From: Candidatus Latescibacterota bacterium
GTDB taxonomy: Bacteria; Latescibacterota; UBA2968
Direction: 5' to 3'
Assembly: GCA_965205975.1 (NCBI GenBank)
Contig: OZ242195.1
Coordinates: 3,030,656 to 3,094,655 of the forward strand
DNA: 64,000 nucleotides
In this document: piece after piece, positions 9,713 through 18,861 of the stretch
Layout of the letters: each line of letters begins with the position of its first letter
Position numbering within the stretch: the first letter of the stretch is position 1
Translations under genes and position numbers: made by a program
Notes under the pieces: model-generated
What the model saw: only the letters and a program-made list of their open reading frames with translations
The model's database searches: none
Told to the model about the DNA's origin: nothing

Positions 9713-9766
9713 TTCGTCTATTCTCTATTCGTCTATTCGTCTATTCGTCTATTCGTCTATTCGTCC
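9713..9766. repeat. Tandem octamer repeat (TTCGTCTA / CGAATAGA unit, about 6 copies) in the FGE-YcaO intergenic region.
   Basis: Directly visible as ggttcgtctattctctattcgtctattcgtctattcgtctattcgtcc. Same family as the repeats at 26229-26262 and 33379-33402. Confidence 0.9.
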
Positions 9767-9768
9767 TC

Positions 9769-10779
9769 TCACATCCAAACAATATAATTGCCCGAATCCA
9801 CCATAATGCGATGCACATACGTCTCGATCATCGCGTGGTCCCGCTCGTGTTCTGTAGTCTCTAAGCTAAAAGGCCGCAACACCGGAATCTGCATCTCTGG
9901 ATCTGTCCAATCTTGCACATAAACCGAAGATTTCATACCACTCAACACCACCTGAATATCGGTTATCAAATCATCCGTAAAATGATTGGGCAAATCCCAC
10001 AGTGCAATCTCGGCATTAAAAGTCTGCAAATCAGATACAAACCGCGTCTTGTGACTCTGAACAGTCTCATTAAACGCCCGCTGCAACGCGATGCGCCCAT
10101 CCAAATGCGTACACGTACGCACCAGAGGCCCCAAATCTTTGGGACACACCACCGCGTGAACCGTCGTCACCTTCTCATTCTCCCCCGGCACGGCCACAGC
10201 CAGCATCTTTTCTGCAACGCGAGGAGCAAAATCCGTCAAATTTGGATCGATAAACTGCCGGTGTTCCAATCCCGGCCAATAAAAATGCCTCCCCACATCC
10301 AGGTGTTCGTGCATCTCCAGCAAACCGTGAAACACGCACTCCAGCACAGTATTGCCCGCCGAAACGCCATTTGCCGAATCATTCAAATGCGGCACATCCG
10401 AAGCCTTCATATCGGTCGGCACAAGTTCGACATCAGAAGTCAACTCATAAATCGGAGTCTCTCGCCCGCTCGCCAGCGCGTCAAAAAACGAAATGCGCTC
10501 GACCGCCTCTGCCATCGCCCCCGCCAGCACCTGCTGTTTGGAAAGCCCTTTGCCCATCGTGCGAAGCGCGATACCCTCCATCAGCGGCCCTTCGTATTTG
10601 CGAAACAGCGCCGACTGCACGTAATCCGTATAACAATCGGCAATCCACACCGTATCGTAAAACCGCCGCGCGCGCGTTTGAAACCGACACTTCTTGGACA
10701 GCGCCTCCCCGAACCGCTCAATAGTCTCTTCAAACGGAACCGTGCGATCGGCAATAACGATATGATGCGACTCACTCAT
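9769..10779 (-). CDS. YcaO-domain protein (ATP-dependent peptide backbone-modifying / cyclodehydratase superfamily), short standalone form.
   Basis: Contains the canonical YcaO nucleotide-binding signature ...RTMGKGLSKQQVLAGAMAEAVERISFFDA... (GKG...A.AEA.ER). 336 aa. Overlaps the upstream TPR gene by 4 nt (ATGA coupling). Confidence 0.6.
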   Translation of the reverse strand: MSESHHIVIADRTVPFEETIERFGEALSKKCRFQTRARRFYDTVWIADCYTDYVQSALFRKYEGPLMEGIALRTMGKGLSKQQVLAGAMAEAVERISFFDALASGRETPIYELTSDVELVPTDMKASDVPHLNDSANGVSAGNTVLECVFHGLLEMHEHLDVGRHFYWPGLEHRQFIDPNLTDFAPRVAEKMLAVAVPGENEKVTTVHAVVCPKDLGPLVRTCTHLDGRIALQRAFNETVQSHKTRFVSDLQTFNAEIALWDLPNHFTDDLITDIQVVLSGMKSSVYVQDWTDPEMQIPVLRPFSLETTEHERDHAMIETYVHRIMVDSGNYIVWM

Positions 10780-11999
10780 TGCGCCCGTGCCCGATTCATA
10801 TCTTCAACCGCCTCGGCAAACCGTCCCATTTGCCGAAACGTCTCCGCGCGGAGTTCTCGTGCCCATCCATTTTCGGGATCGATATCCAACGCCCGCGTAA
10901 AATCTGAAACCGCTGCCTCATACTGCCCCAGCATCCGTCGGGACTCCCCGCGATTTGCCCAAACCCACGCATCACCATCATCCATCATCACCGCCCGATC
11001 AAAATCGATCAGCGACGCCTCGGGATCATTTTCCATCCGCAACGCGACGCCGCGCCCCATAAGCGCCCACAGATGATCGGGAAAATTCTCCAGCACCCGT
11101 GTAAAATCGCGTATTGCTTCGGCACTTCGCCCCAATTGCCGCAACATATCACCCCGCGCGGCCCACAAATCCGGATCACCAGGCGCGACGACGAGTGCGC
11201 GGTCAAAATCCAAAAGCGCATCCTCCAATTGACCGATCTCCCGCAGCACCTCGCCCCGCCCGATCAACGCGCCCAGATGATCGGGCATAGCCTTCAAAGC
11301 CTCCCCAAACATCTCCATCGCAGCCCCAGCTTCATCAGCCTGTCGATAGACCTCCGCCCGTCCGGCAAACGCATCCGGATGCCCATTGCCCACCGCAATC
11401 GCCCGATCAAAATCGCCCGCCGCCGCATCGAAATGCCCCAACTGCATCAGCACATGCCCGCGGCTGATCAGCGCGCCAAAATAATCTGCATCCAACGCCA
11501 AAACCCGATTGAGATCCCCCAGTGCCTCCTCAAACCGCCCCATCTCGCGCAGGGTCTCCCCCCGGCTGGCAAGTGCCTGCGTATTGTCCGGATCGAGCGC
11601 AACAGCCTTTCCAAAGCTATCTATCGCCGCATCAAAATGCCCCATCAACCCGCAGGCAATCGCGCGATTACTCCACACCCATGGATCGTCTGGCGCCAGA
11701 GCGATTGCGCGGTCAAAATCCGCAATCGCCGCATCAAATTGTCCCAATTGTCCATAAGTAATCCCGCGATGCACAAACACAACGGCATCGCTATCACACG
11801 CCGCAATCGCCGCATCAAAACCCGCAACAGCCGCTTTCAGATCGCCACCATCGCGGTGCGCGATGGCGCGCTGAACCACAGCTTCAAAGTCATTTATAGA
11901 TAGAGGCATAAAAGAAAAAGTGGGAACCGTCAGACACCCAAAACGTAAACACAATGTAGATAAACCAAACCCCAAAATCAAGCGCAAACCCCGTGACAT
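10776..11999 (-). CDS. TPR-repeat protein, translationally coupled to the YcaO gene.
   Basis: About 9 tandem 34-aa TPR units (A..G.....G.....A...F..A). N-terminal hydrophobic segment. Confidence 0.65.
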   Translation of the reverse strand: MSRGLRLILGFGLSTLCLRFGCLTVPTFSFMPLSINDFEAVVQRAIAHRDGGDLKAAVAGFDAAIAACDSDAVVFVHRGITYGQLGQFDAAIADFDRAIALAPDDPWVWSNRAIACGLMGHFDAAIDSFGKAVALDPDNTQALASRGETLREMGRFEEALGDLNRVLALDADYFGALISRGHVLMQLGHFDAAAGDFDRAIAVGNGHPDAFAGRAEVYRQADEAGAAMEMFGEALKAMPDHLGALIGRGEVLREIGQLEDALLDFDRALVVAPGDPDLWAARGDMLRQLGRSAEAIRDFTRVLENFPDHLWALMGRGVALRMENDPEASLIDFDRAVMMDDGDAWVWANRGESRRMLGQYEAAVSDFTRALDIDPENGWARELRAETFRQMGRFAEAVEDMNRARAQ

Positions 12000-12113
12000 T
12001 TTGCACGCGATTTAGTATATTACAGCGGTCAGAGGTGAGACGACCCCACCTTATCCTTCTTGTATCTCAAAACGGGCGAGGCATGCCTCGCCCCTACATT
12101 ATGGAGGAACACC

Positions 12114-13415
12114 ATGAAACATCTGTGTATTTTTTCTATCGCCCTATTTCTGTGCTTATGCACAACAGCTTTTGCCCAGCCCAATGTGGGTGAAAAAGTA
12201 GGTGAATTTCAGCTCCAGGCCCTCGACGGCAGATCTTACGGCGTCAGTCATTCGGCCAATACCGTCTCCGTCCTGTTTTTTGTAGGCTACAACTGAGGAA
12301 CTTGCATAGGGGCGGGTCCCGCCTTTGAAAGAGATGTTCACCAACGGAACAAAGACACAGCCGGCGTACAAGTTCTCACACTCGACAGATACAATGGCAA
12401 CCGCGCACAGGCGCAATCCTATCTGACACAAGCCAGAGTAACGACGCCCATGCTCACCAATGCCTCTGGCGTCTCCGCAACTCTCGGCACTCGCAACGAA
12501 GATATCCTGGTCGTTGACCAGGGAGGTATCCTACGCCTCAGAACCACGGCAATCGCCACCGGCTCTCATCACCTGATCAACGCGCAAATCGATGCACTAC
12601 TCAACAAAACGCCTGTTATTTCTCTATTCCCAAACGAGCTTTACTTTGGCAGAACCCTTGTCGTGGGGCAATCCAAAACCGTAGAGTTTAAGATCGAAAA
12701 CACCGGTGCAGGTCCCCTCGAAATCACCGGATACTCGGCTCCCGAAGGCATCACAATGGAGCCATCCACCCTGACCATAGCGCCCGGCGAAAGCAAAACC
12801 GTACAAATCACCCTGACGCCAACACAGGCCGGCACATTATCGGGTAAAATCACCCTCCAGCACGGCGAACAAAGTGTTGGCACACTGGAAGTCCCTTTTC
12901 TCGACCTCACCATCGAAGCGCCCCAACTCCCGGTCATTTCACTGATTCAGGAAAACTTGAGCCTGGGTGAAATCGAAGTGGGCAAAGACGTCACCACAAC
13001 ATTCACCATCACAAATACTGGCTCGGGTCCACTCACCATCACAGACATCCAATCCAACATCGCGGGCATTGCATTTTCAGAAACCCAATTAACAGTGCCA
13101 CCCGGTCAATCTCAAGACATCACCGTGACTTTCAGTCCGCCAGCCGAAGGGCCTATCACCGGCACCATCGACGTATTTTCAGACGACCCTGAAAAAGCCT
13201 CAATCAGTCTGACCATCACCGGATCGGCCATCTTCATCCCCGCTGATCCACGCACCGACTTCGACGGTTCGCGCACCATTAACTTCGCGGACTTCCTCTT
13301 GTTCGTAAGTGCCTTTGGCACGACCGATGCAACCTTCGATCTCAACGGGTCCGGCACTGTTGACTTTCCCGACTTTCTCATATTCGTCCAGAACTTTGGG
13401 AAAACAATCAACTAA
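12114..13415 (+). CDS. Candidate selenoprotein. Secreted TlpA/redoxin-like thiol-disulfide oxidoreductase with U-G-T-C in place of CxxC, fused to ASH/Ig-like repeats and a C-terminal dockerin.
   Basis: ATG at 12114 with a GGAGGA RBS. Signal peptide MKHLCIFSIALFLCLCTTAFAQ. Redoxin fold ...VLFFVGYN-TGA(12294-12296)-GTCIGAGPAFERDVHQRNKDTAGVQVLTLDRY.... The frame stays open through the single TGA into the listed ORF 12450..13415. A GC hairpin GGCGG-GUC-CCGCC lies about 14 nt downstream of the TGA. Three GxGPLxI Ig-like repeats. Two dockerin Ca-binding repeats DFDGSRTINFADFLLF / DLNGSGTVDFPDFLIF. Confidence 0.55.
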
Positions 13416-13477
13416 AAAAGTAGGGACAACCACTCGGGGTTGTCCCTACCCTCTGTAGTTATCCCGCACTATTTTCC

Positions 13478-14179
13478 ATGTCCCACCGCCAAACGCTCAT
13501 CAACGCATTCAAACGCATCCTCGAAATATCGGATCACGACCATCTCTATTTGCCCTTTCAACGCGACAGCAAATTGCGGGCAAAACACTTTCCCGGCGCA
13601 GGGTCTAAAATCGGGCGAAAAAAACTCATCGACGCATATCTCCTTGAATTTGGCGACACAAACCCCGACGAAAAATTGCTCCAACACGCCACCTATCCCT
13701 GGATTCACGGGTACGACGCCAGCCTCACGCATATTCTCGATGACCTCCGAAAACACGAAAAAAAAGCACCCGCCGAACTTTCTACGGACCGAAGACGCGC
13801 ACTCGAAAAGAAATTTACCCGCACGGGTGCCGAAGAAATCTCTGCCTTCTGGAGCGTATATGCCGCCGCCGACAACAGCTATCGCAAAAGCGTCATAGAA
13901 ATGCTAGCCCGCGTCAAACCACCCGAAACGGCCCCCCCGACCGTTCAGCCTACACAAAAGCCCACAACTCGCGCCCCCTCTCAAATAGAACCCACCACAC
14001 AGTCGGGATATGCTTTGATGGGCGCGCTTATCTTCTTTGTCCCCACCTTTATATTTACTATAATACAATATTGGCGACTCCCAAATGAAAGCCACTATAT
14101 CGCCTTATCAATCGCCGGATTTTTTGGGATAGTCACACTCATCTTCCTCATCGACTACTTGCGTAAACGCAACACATGA
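13478..14179 (+). CDS. Hypothetical membrane protein (two C-terminal TM helices).
   Basis: 233-aa ORF with a Pro/Thr-rich linker and C-terminal hydrophobic helices ALMGALIFFVPTFIFTII and IALSIAGFFGIVTLIFLI. No recognisable family. Confidence 0.4.
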   Translation: MSHRQTLINAFKRILEISDHDHLYLPFQRDSKLRAKHFPGAGSKIGRKKLIDAYLLEFGDTNPDEKLLQHATYPWIHGYDASLTHILDDLRKHEKKAPAELSTDRRRALEKKFTRTGAEEISAFWSVYAAADNSYRKSVIEMLARVKPPETAPPTVQPTQKPTTRAPSQIEPTTQSGYALMGALIFFVPTFIFTIIQYWRLPNESHYIALSIAGFFGIVTLIFLIDYLRKRNT

Positions 14180-14261
14180 CCACAATGAACAAAGGCACCT
14201 ACCCCCGGCCCCTTCCTGAGAGGAAGGGGAGAAAACCTACCATCCCTCGCTTCTTGCCCTT

Positions 14262-14292
14262 CATCTGCGTCCATCTGCGTCATCTGCGGATA
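14262..14292. repeat. Tandem 9/10-mer repeat (CATCTGCGT)n ending in CATCTGCGGATA, immediately 5' of the ATG at 14293.
   Basis: tcatctgcgtccatctgcgtcatctgcggata. The same element recurs at 29235-29270, 36130-36172 and 63014-63052. Confidence 0.9.
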
Positions 14293-16071
14293 ATGATCTC
14301 CACCGTCCTCTTTCTCACCCTCCCGCTTCGCTCCTGGGCAGTTCCCCTTCAGATCGGCGACAGCCTCAATGATTTTGCCCTTGCCGACCTCAACGGCTCG
14401 TCCGTTACCCTCAGTGATTTATCTCAGAACCGCGCACTCGTCATCATCTTCAGTTCCGTCGTCTGCCCCGCCTCGCTAAAATACGACATACACCGCACAC
14501 AAATACACGAACAATATGCCCCCAGAGGTGTACACCTGATATCTGTAAATGCCAATTTTAACGAAACCGACAAAGACATCAAAGAACACTACGCCCAAAA
14601 CCCCGTACCCTTCGCTGTCCTGCGCGACCCGCACAACAAACTCGCCGATCATCTCGGCGCAACACATACCCCCCATGCCTTTCTCTTTGACGCCCAACGC
14701 CGCCTGCGCTACAAGGGCGAAATCGACAACGGCTGGGGCGTACCCGAAGACACGACCTCGCGCGGTTTATGGGACGCCCTCGATGCACTGCTCGCCAACC
14801 GCGAAATTATCAACACCAACCTGCCCAGTTTTGGCTGTGAAATCAGACGCACACCCCGGCCAACAACTGTGGCGAACACCTCTACCCCAACATTTTATCG
14901 CGACATCTTGCCCCTGCTCCAAAACCGCTGCCAGAACTGCCATCGCCCTGGCGGTATCGGTCGCGTACCCTTTTTCGACTACACAGAAGTACTCGCCTGG
15001 GCCTATCAGATGCGCGACTCCATCGAAGCCCGCATCATGCCGCCCTGGAAAGCGCGCCCAGAATACGGCGACTTCAAAAATTCCCGCAGACTCACAGACG
15101 CCGAAATACACACCTTCGCGCAATGGGTCAACAGCGGCCTGCCAGAGGGCGATCCCTCCGACCAGCCCGAACCTCTCACATTTGCCAAAAGCTGGACCCT
15201 GGGCACGCCCGATCTGATCCTCGAACCCGAAGCACCCTATTCACTCGAAGCCGTGGGGCGCGATGAATACCGCTGCTTTGTCTTGCCCACAAAACAGGAC
15301 ACAGGCAACTACGTATCGGCTATTGAAGTCCTGCCCGGAGAACGCGAAGTCGTCCACCACGTCAGCGTGTACATAGACATCTCTGGCAAAGCGCGCCTGC
15401 AACAGAAAAACGCATCATCGCCGGGCTACCCTTGCTTTGGCGGAATTGGCGTGCCCATCTACGAATCCCTGGGCGGTTGGGCACCCGGCAACACCCCCTT
15501 TGTCCTTCCAGATGGCACAGGCCGCGATTTACCGCCCAACAGCGACATCATACTTCAGATCCACTATCACAAAATTGGTCGCGCCGTAAAAGATCACTCC
15601 CGACTGGGAATCTACTTTGCCAAAAAACCCGTCCAGAAACAGCTCAGAGAAGAAGCCATCAACAGCCGTTTGCTCTTCATTCCGCCCAACATCAAACGAC
15701 ACAGAGTAACCGGAGCAATCACCATCACCCGCGACCAGCACCTGCTCGGCATCTTGCCGCACATGCACCTGCTCGGCACAGAAATGAAAATAACCGCAAC
15801 CTATCCCGACGGCACACAACACCCCTTAATATGGGTTAAACCCTATGACTTCAACTGGCAAGAAACCTATGTGTACAAAACACCCGTCGCACTCCCGCGC
15901 GGTACCCGCATCGCGCTCGAAGCCTTTTACGACAACTCTGCCGACAACCCCCGAAATCCCAACAATCCACCCAGGCTGGTGCGATGGGGCGAAAAATCAA
16001 CCGATGAAATGTGTACCGCATTTCTCTATGTCACGCACGATGATGAAAATTTAGAAACAGGTAAGAAATGA
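14293..16071 (+). CDS. Secreted three-part fusion: AhpC/TSA-redoxin-like domain, c-type cytochrome (CxxCH, PSCyt1-like) domain, and PHM/DBH-like copper type II monooxygenase domain.
   Basis: Start chosen at MISTVLFLTLPLRSWA (signal peptide). The listed ORF start 14176 would read through the tandem repeat. Redoxin-like LNDFALADLNGSSVTLSDL...VIIFSSVVCPAS. Heme site CQNCHRPGG...IMPPW. Copper-site-like motifs VHHVSVY (HH), IHYH, LPHMHLLGTEMK (HxH) and STDEMC (Met ligand), arranged as in the PHM CuH/CuM sites. Confidence 0.55.
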   Translation: MISTVLFLTLPLRSWAVPLQIGDSLNDFALADLNGSSVTLSDLSQNRALVIIFSSVVCPASLKYDIHRTQIHEQYAPRGVHLISVNANFNETDKDIKEHYAQNPVPFAVLRDPHNKLADHLGATHTPHAFLFDAQRRLRYKGEIDNGWGVPEDTTSRGLWDALDALLANREIINTNLPSFGCEIRRTPRPTTVANTSTPTFYRDILPLLQNRCQNCHRPGGIGRVPFFDYTEVLAWAYQMRDSIEARIMPPWKARPEYGDFKNSRRLTDAEIHTFAQWVNSGLPEGDPSDQPEPLTFAKSWTLGTPDLILEPEAPYSLEAVGRDEYRCFVLPTKQDTGNYVSAIEVLPGEREVVHHVSVYIDISGKARLQQKNASSPGYPCFGGIGVPIYESLGGWAPGNTPFVLPDGTGRDLPPNSDIILQIHYHKIGRAVKDHSRLGIYFAKKPVQKQLREEAINSRLLFIPPNIKRHRVTGAITITRDQHLLGILPHMHLLGTEMKITATYPDGTQHPLIWVKPYDFNWQETYVYKTPVALPRGTRIALEAFYDNSADNPRNPNNPPRLVRWGEKSTDEMCTAFLYVTHDDENLETGKK

Positions 16072-16072
16072 C

Positions 16073-17668
16073 ATGAAAAAATTCCTCAAGCTCAGCATCC
16101 TGATAACCCTGATCCACGCGCCTATCTACGCCCAATGGAACATCGCCGTATTGCCACATGAAAACACACTGGGCGATCCGCAGTGGAATTGGCTCTCCGC
16201 AGCCATTGTCGAAGGATATATCAACGCCTATTACCATGTACCGAAAATACATGCCGTTGACGAAGAATATCTGCGCCACAAACTCGGAGACACGCCAGTA
16301 AGTTCCTCTGATCTCGCACAAAAATTAGACATCCACCTGATTTTAAGTGGGCGTTACGACATTGCGGGAGGGCGCATCCAAATCGAAACCGACATGCTTC
16401 ATACAACCACAGGCGAAGTCATCGAAACCTTTACAGGTCAGGCATCCACCTCTACGCCGCTCGACGCCATATTGCCCGTACTCTACGCCATTGCAGATCG
16501 GTTAAACGCGACCCTGACACCCCATGAAAAAACCCGCCTGCAAATCCCCATGTTTCACGATCCACAAGCGCTTCACATCGCAACCGAAAGCATGGTGGCA
16601 CTGTATCGGGCACTGCGACAATCTCCCATTGACGACACGCTACTTACACAGGCTGAAGGCGGTCTAAAACGCGCCGTGCAACGCGATGCCAAAAGCGCGA
16701 TGCCCCATTATTATCTCGGGCGCATACACGAAACGCGCAACAAAATATCAGAAGCGGAAAACGCCTATCGCAACGCCCTCAAAATCGACTTTGAACACGT
16801 TGCAGCGCGCTATCGCCTATCTCTGCTCCTCAAAAAGCGCGGACACACAGAAGAAGCCATGAACGAACTCGAACAAGCCCTCCAGCAGTCGCCCATAAAC
16901 CCCGATATTCAGGCAGCCCTATCCAGCATGTTTTTCAATCAATACGCTCAAACCTTTGAAACAATCACCTCACAACTTCGCCAGGCCATCCAGGCCAATC
17001 CCGATGACCCCATTGCCTGTTATGAATTGGCCAATGCCTATAACGAACTCGACCGCATCGACGAAGCCACAAACTATTACCATCAAGCCCTACAACGCGA
17101 TTCCACATTCGCCGATGCACACTTCAAACTCGGCCTGATTGCACACCGCAAAGGGGAACACGAAAAAGCCGTTGACCAACTTCAAAAAGCCGCAGCGCAC
17201 AACACCCAATTCACCCGCGTCCATTTTCGCCTCGGCACCATCCTCTACCTCATCGAGCGCTATGACGCAGCGATCAAAGCCTTTTCAAAAGCCATCGAAG
17301 TCGAACCCAATTACGTCATCCCGCGCTATCACCTCGGCCTGAGCTATCTCGCAAACGCGCAGACAGACAGTGCTTATGAAGCCTTTCAGAAATACGCAGA
17401 ACTCACCTCAGACGATCACCGCCCGTATTTCCAAATGGCCGAGATTGCACGGCAAAAAGGAGAAACCGAACGCGCAATTAACGGATATATGCGCGCAATC
17501 GCCATCAGCCCTGTCCACGTACCGTCACACCTCCGTCTGGGCTATCTCCATGCCGAGCACCAGCGCTTTGACCTCGCTGTCCAGCAACTGCAAACCGCGC
17601 TGCGCCTGCAACCCGATCATCCGGATGCCAAAAAAATCCTCGCCGACATCCAGAAATGGACACCGTGA
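16073..17668 (+). CDS. Secreted TPR-repeat protein.
   Basis: Signal peptide MKKFLKLSILITLIHAPIYAQ. Multiple TPR units (AYRNALKIDFEHVAARYRLSLLLKKRGHTEEA etc.). Confidence 0.6.
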   Translation: MKKFLKLSILITLIHAPIYAQWNIAVLPHENTLGDPQWNWLSAAIVEGYINAYYHVPKIHAVDEEYLRHKLGDTPVSSSDLAQKLDIHLILSGRYDIAGGRIQIETDMLHTTTGEVIETFTGQASTSTPLDAILPVLYAIADRLNATLTPHEKTRLQIPMFHDPQALHIATESMVALYRALRQSPIDDTLLTQAEGGLKRAVQRDAKSAMPHYYLGRIHETRNKISEAENAYRNALKIDFEHVAARYRLSLLLKKRGHTEEAMNELEQALQQSPINPDIQAALSSMFFNQYAQTFETITSQLRQAIQANPDDPIACYELANAYNELDRIDEATNYYHQALQRDSTFADAHFKLGLIAHRKGEHEKAVDQLQKAAAHNTQFTRVHFRLGTILYLIERYDAAIKAFSKAIEVEPNYVIPRYHLGLSYLANAQTDSAYEAFQKYAELTSDDHRPYFQMAEIARQKGETERAINGYMRAIAISPVHVPSHLRLGYLHAEHQRFDLAVQQLQTALRLQPDHPDAKKILADIQKWTP

Positions 17669-18378
17669 ACCTCCTTAAAAAATGCAGTGCCGAATTTATC
17701 GGCGCATTTGCCATCGTCTTTGGCGGATGCGGGGCCATTGCCATCAACCAGCTATCCGAAGGCGCCATCACCCACGTGGGTATTGCAACATCCTTTGGCC
17801 TCATCGTCATGACAATGGTCTATGCCACCGGGCACATCTCGGGCGCGCACTTCAACCCCGCTGTCACCACCGCCTTTGCCTTCACCCGCCACTTTCCCAA
17901 ACGCGAAATTCTGCCCTACATCGCAGCGCAATGTCTCGGAGCCATCGCCGCCAGCGGCATTCACCTCTGGTCTCTCACACCCATCTTAAAAGCAAAACAC
18001 CCGCAGCAAATCCTCAACCTGGGTGTCACACAACCGATGGATAACCTTTTTGCCACAGCTTTCATCTGGGAATTCTTGCTCACCTTCTTCTTAATGCTCG
18101 TCATCATGGCCGTTGCCACAGACTACCGCGCCACGGGTCAAGCCGCCGGCCTGGCCATTGGCGGCACCATCTGGTTTGAAGCCATGTTTGCCGGTCCGCT
18201 CTCTGGTGCCTCCATGAACCCAGCGCGCAGCCTTGGTCCCGCTCTGGCTGCTGGCGATTGGACCCATTTCTCCGCTTACGTACTCGGCCCCATTCTCGGC
18301 GCAACTGCAGGCGCGTTTTTTTACGAATTCATCCGCTGCCATTCCGACCCCGGCACAGACGCCAAAGGTTGTTGTTAA
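17656..18378 (+). CDS. MIP-family channel (aquaporin/aquaglyceroporin). Candidate arsenite channel, given the adjacent arsC.
   Basis: Two NPA boxes (GAHFNPAVT and GASMNPARS), six predicted TM helices, 240 aa. Confidence 0.85.
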   Translation: MDTVNLLKKCSAEFIGAFAIVFGGCGAIAINQLSEGAITHVGIATSFGLIVMTMVYATGHISGAHFNPAVTTAFAFTRHFPKREILPYIAAQCLGAIAASGIHLWSLTPILKAKHPQQILNLGVTQPMDNLFATAFIWEFLLTFFLMLVIMAVATDYRATGQAAGLAIGGTIWFEAMFAGPLSGASMNPARSLGPALAAGDWTHFSAYVLGPILGATAGAFFYEFIRCHSDPGTDAKGCC

Positions 18379-18396
18379 TCCATAGAAAACCATCCC

Positions 18397-18819
18397 ATGA
18401 ACCGCGTACTCATCCTCTGCACGGGCAACTCCTGCCGCAGCCAAATGGCACAAGGGCTATTTAGCCATCTGAGCAATGGCACTTACGACGCCTATAGCGC
18501 AGGCGTCAGCCCCACAACAGTCAACCCACTGGCCATTCGCGCCATGCGTGAAATCGGCATCGACATATCCCACCACACATCCGACAGCATCGACCTCTAT
18601 CTCAATCGAGACTTTGATCTCGTCATCACCGTTTGCGACAATGCCAAAGAAAATTGTCCGATCTTTCCGGGCGCCAAAAACACGCGACATTGGCCCTTTG
18701 AAGACCCCGCTGATGCCCAGGGCACAGAAGAAGAGCGCATGCGCGTATTTCGCAAAGTGCGCGACCAAATACGCGATAAAATCGCAAACTTCCTCCACAT
18801 AAAAAAAGCCTCGAAATAA
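18397..18819 (+). CDS. arsC: Arsenate reductase, LMW-PTPase family (thioredoxin-coupled ArsC).
   Basis: CTGNSCRSQMA P-loop at the N-terminus, then ...VITVCDNAKENCP... and a C-terminal ...WPFEDPA...GTEEE... pattern. These match Bacillus-type ArsC. 140 aa. Confidence 0.8.
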   Translation: MNRVLILCTGNSCRSQMAQGLFSHLSNGTYDAYSAGVSPTTVNPLAIRAMREIGIDISHHTSDSIDLYLNRDFDLVITVCDNAKENCPIFPGAKNTRHWPFEDPADAQGTEEERMRVFRKVRDQIRDKIANFLHIKKASK

Positions 18820-18861
18820 CTCGAGGCTTAAAAAATTTCTGTGTCGGGGTATTATTTACCA

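Noticed and set aside
9713-9766. Possible CRISPR array, suggested by the short direct repeats (8-10-mers) at 9713, 14262, 26229, 29235, 33308, 36130 and 63014.
   Set aside because: The units are 8-10 bp perfect tandem repeats with no spacers, far shorter than CRISPR repeats (24-48 bp), and there are no cas genes. They are microsatellite/REP-like elements.
14176-14292. N-terminal 39 codons of the listed ORF 14176..16071 (MTTMNKGTYPRPLPERKG...FICVHLRHLRI).
   Set aside because: This stretch is translated through the (CATCTGCGT)n repeat. The ATG at 14293 immediately follows the repeat and begins a canonical signal peptide.
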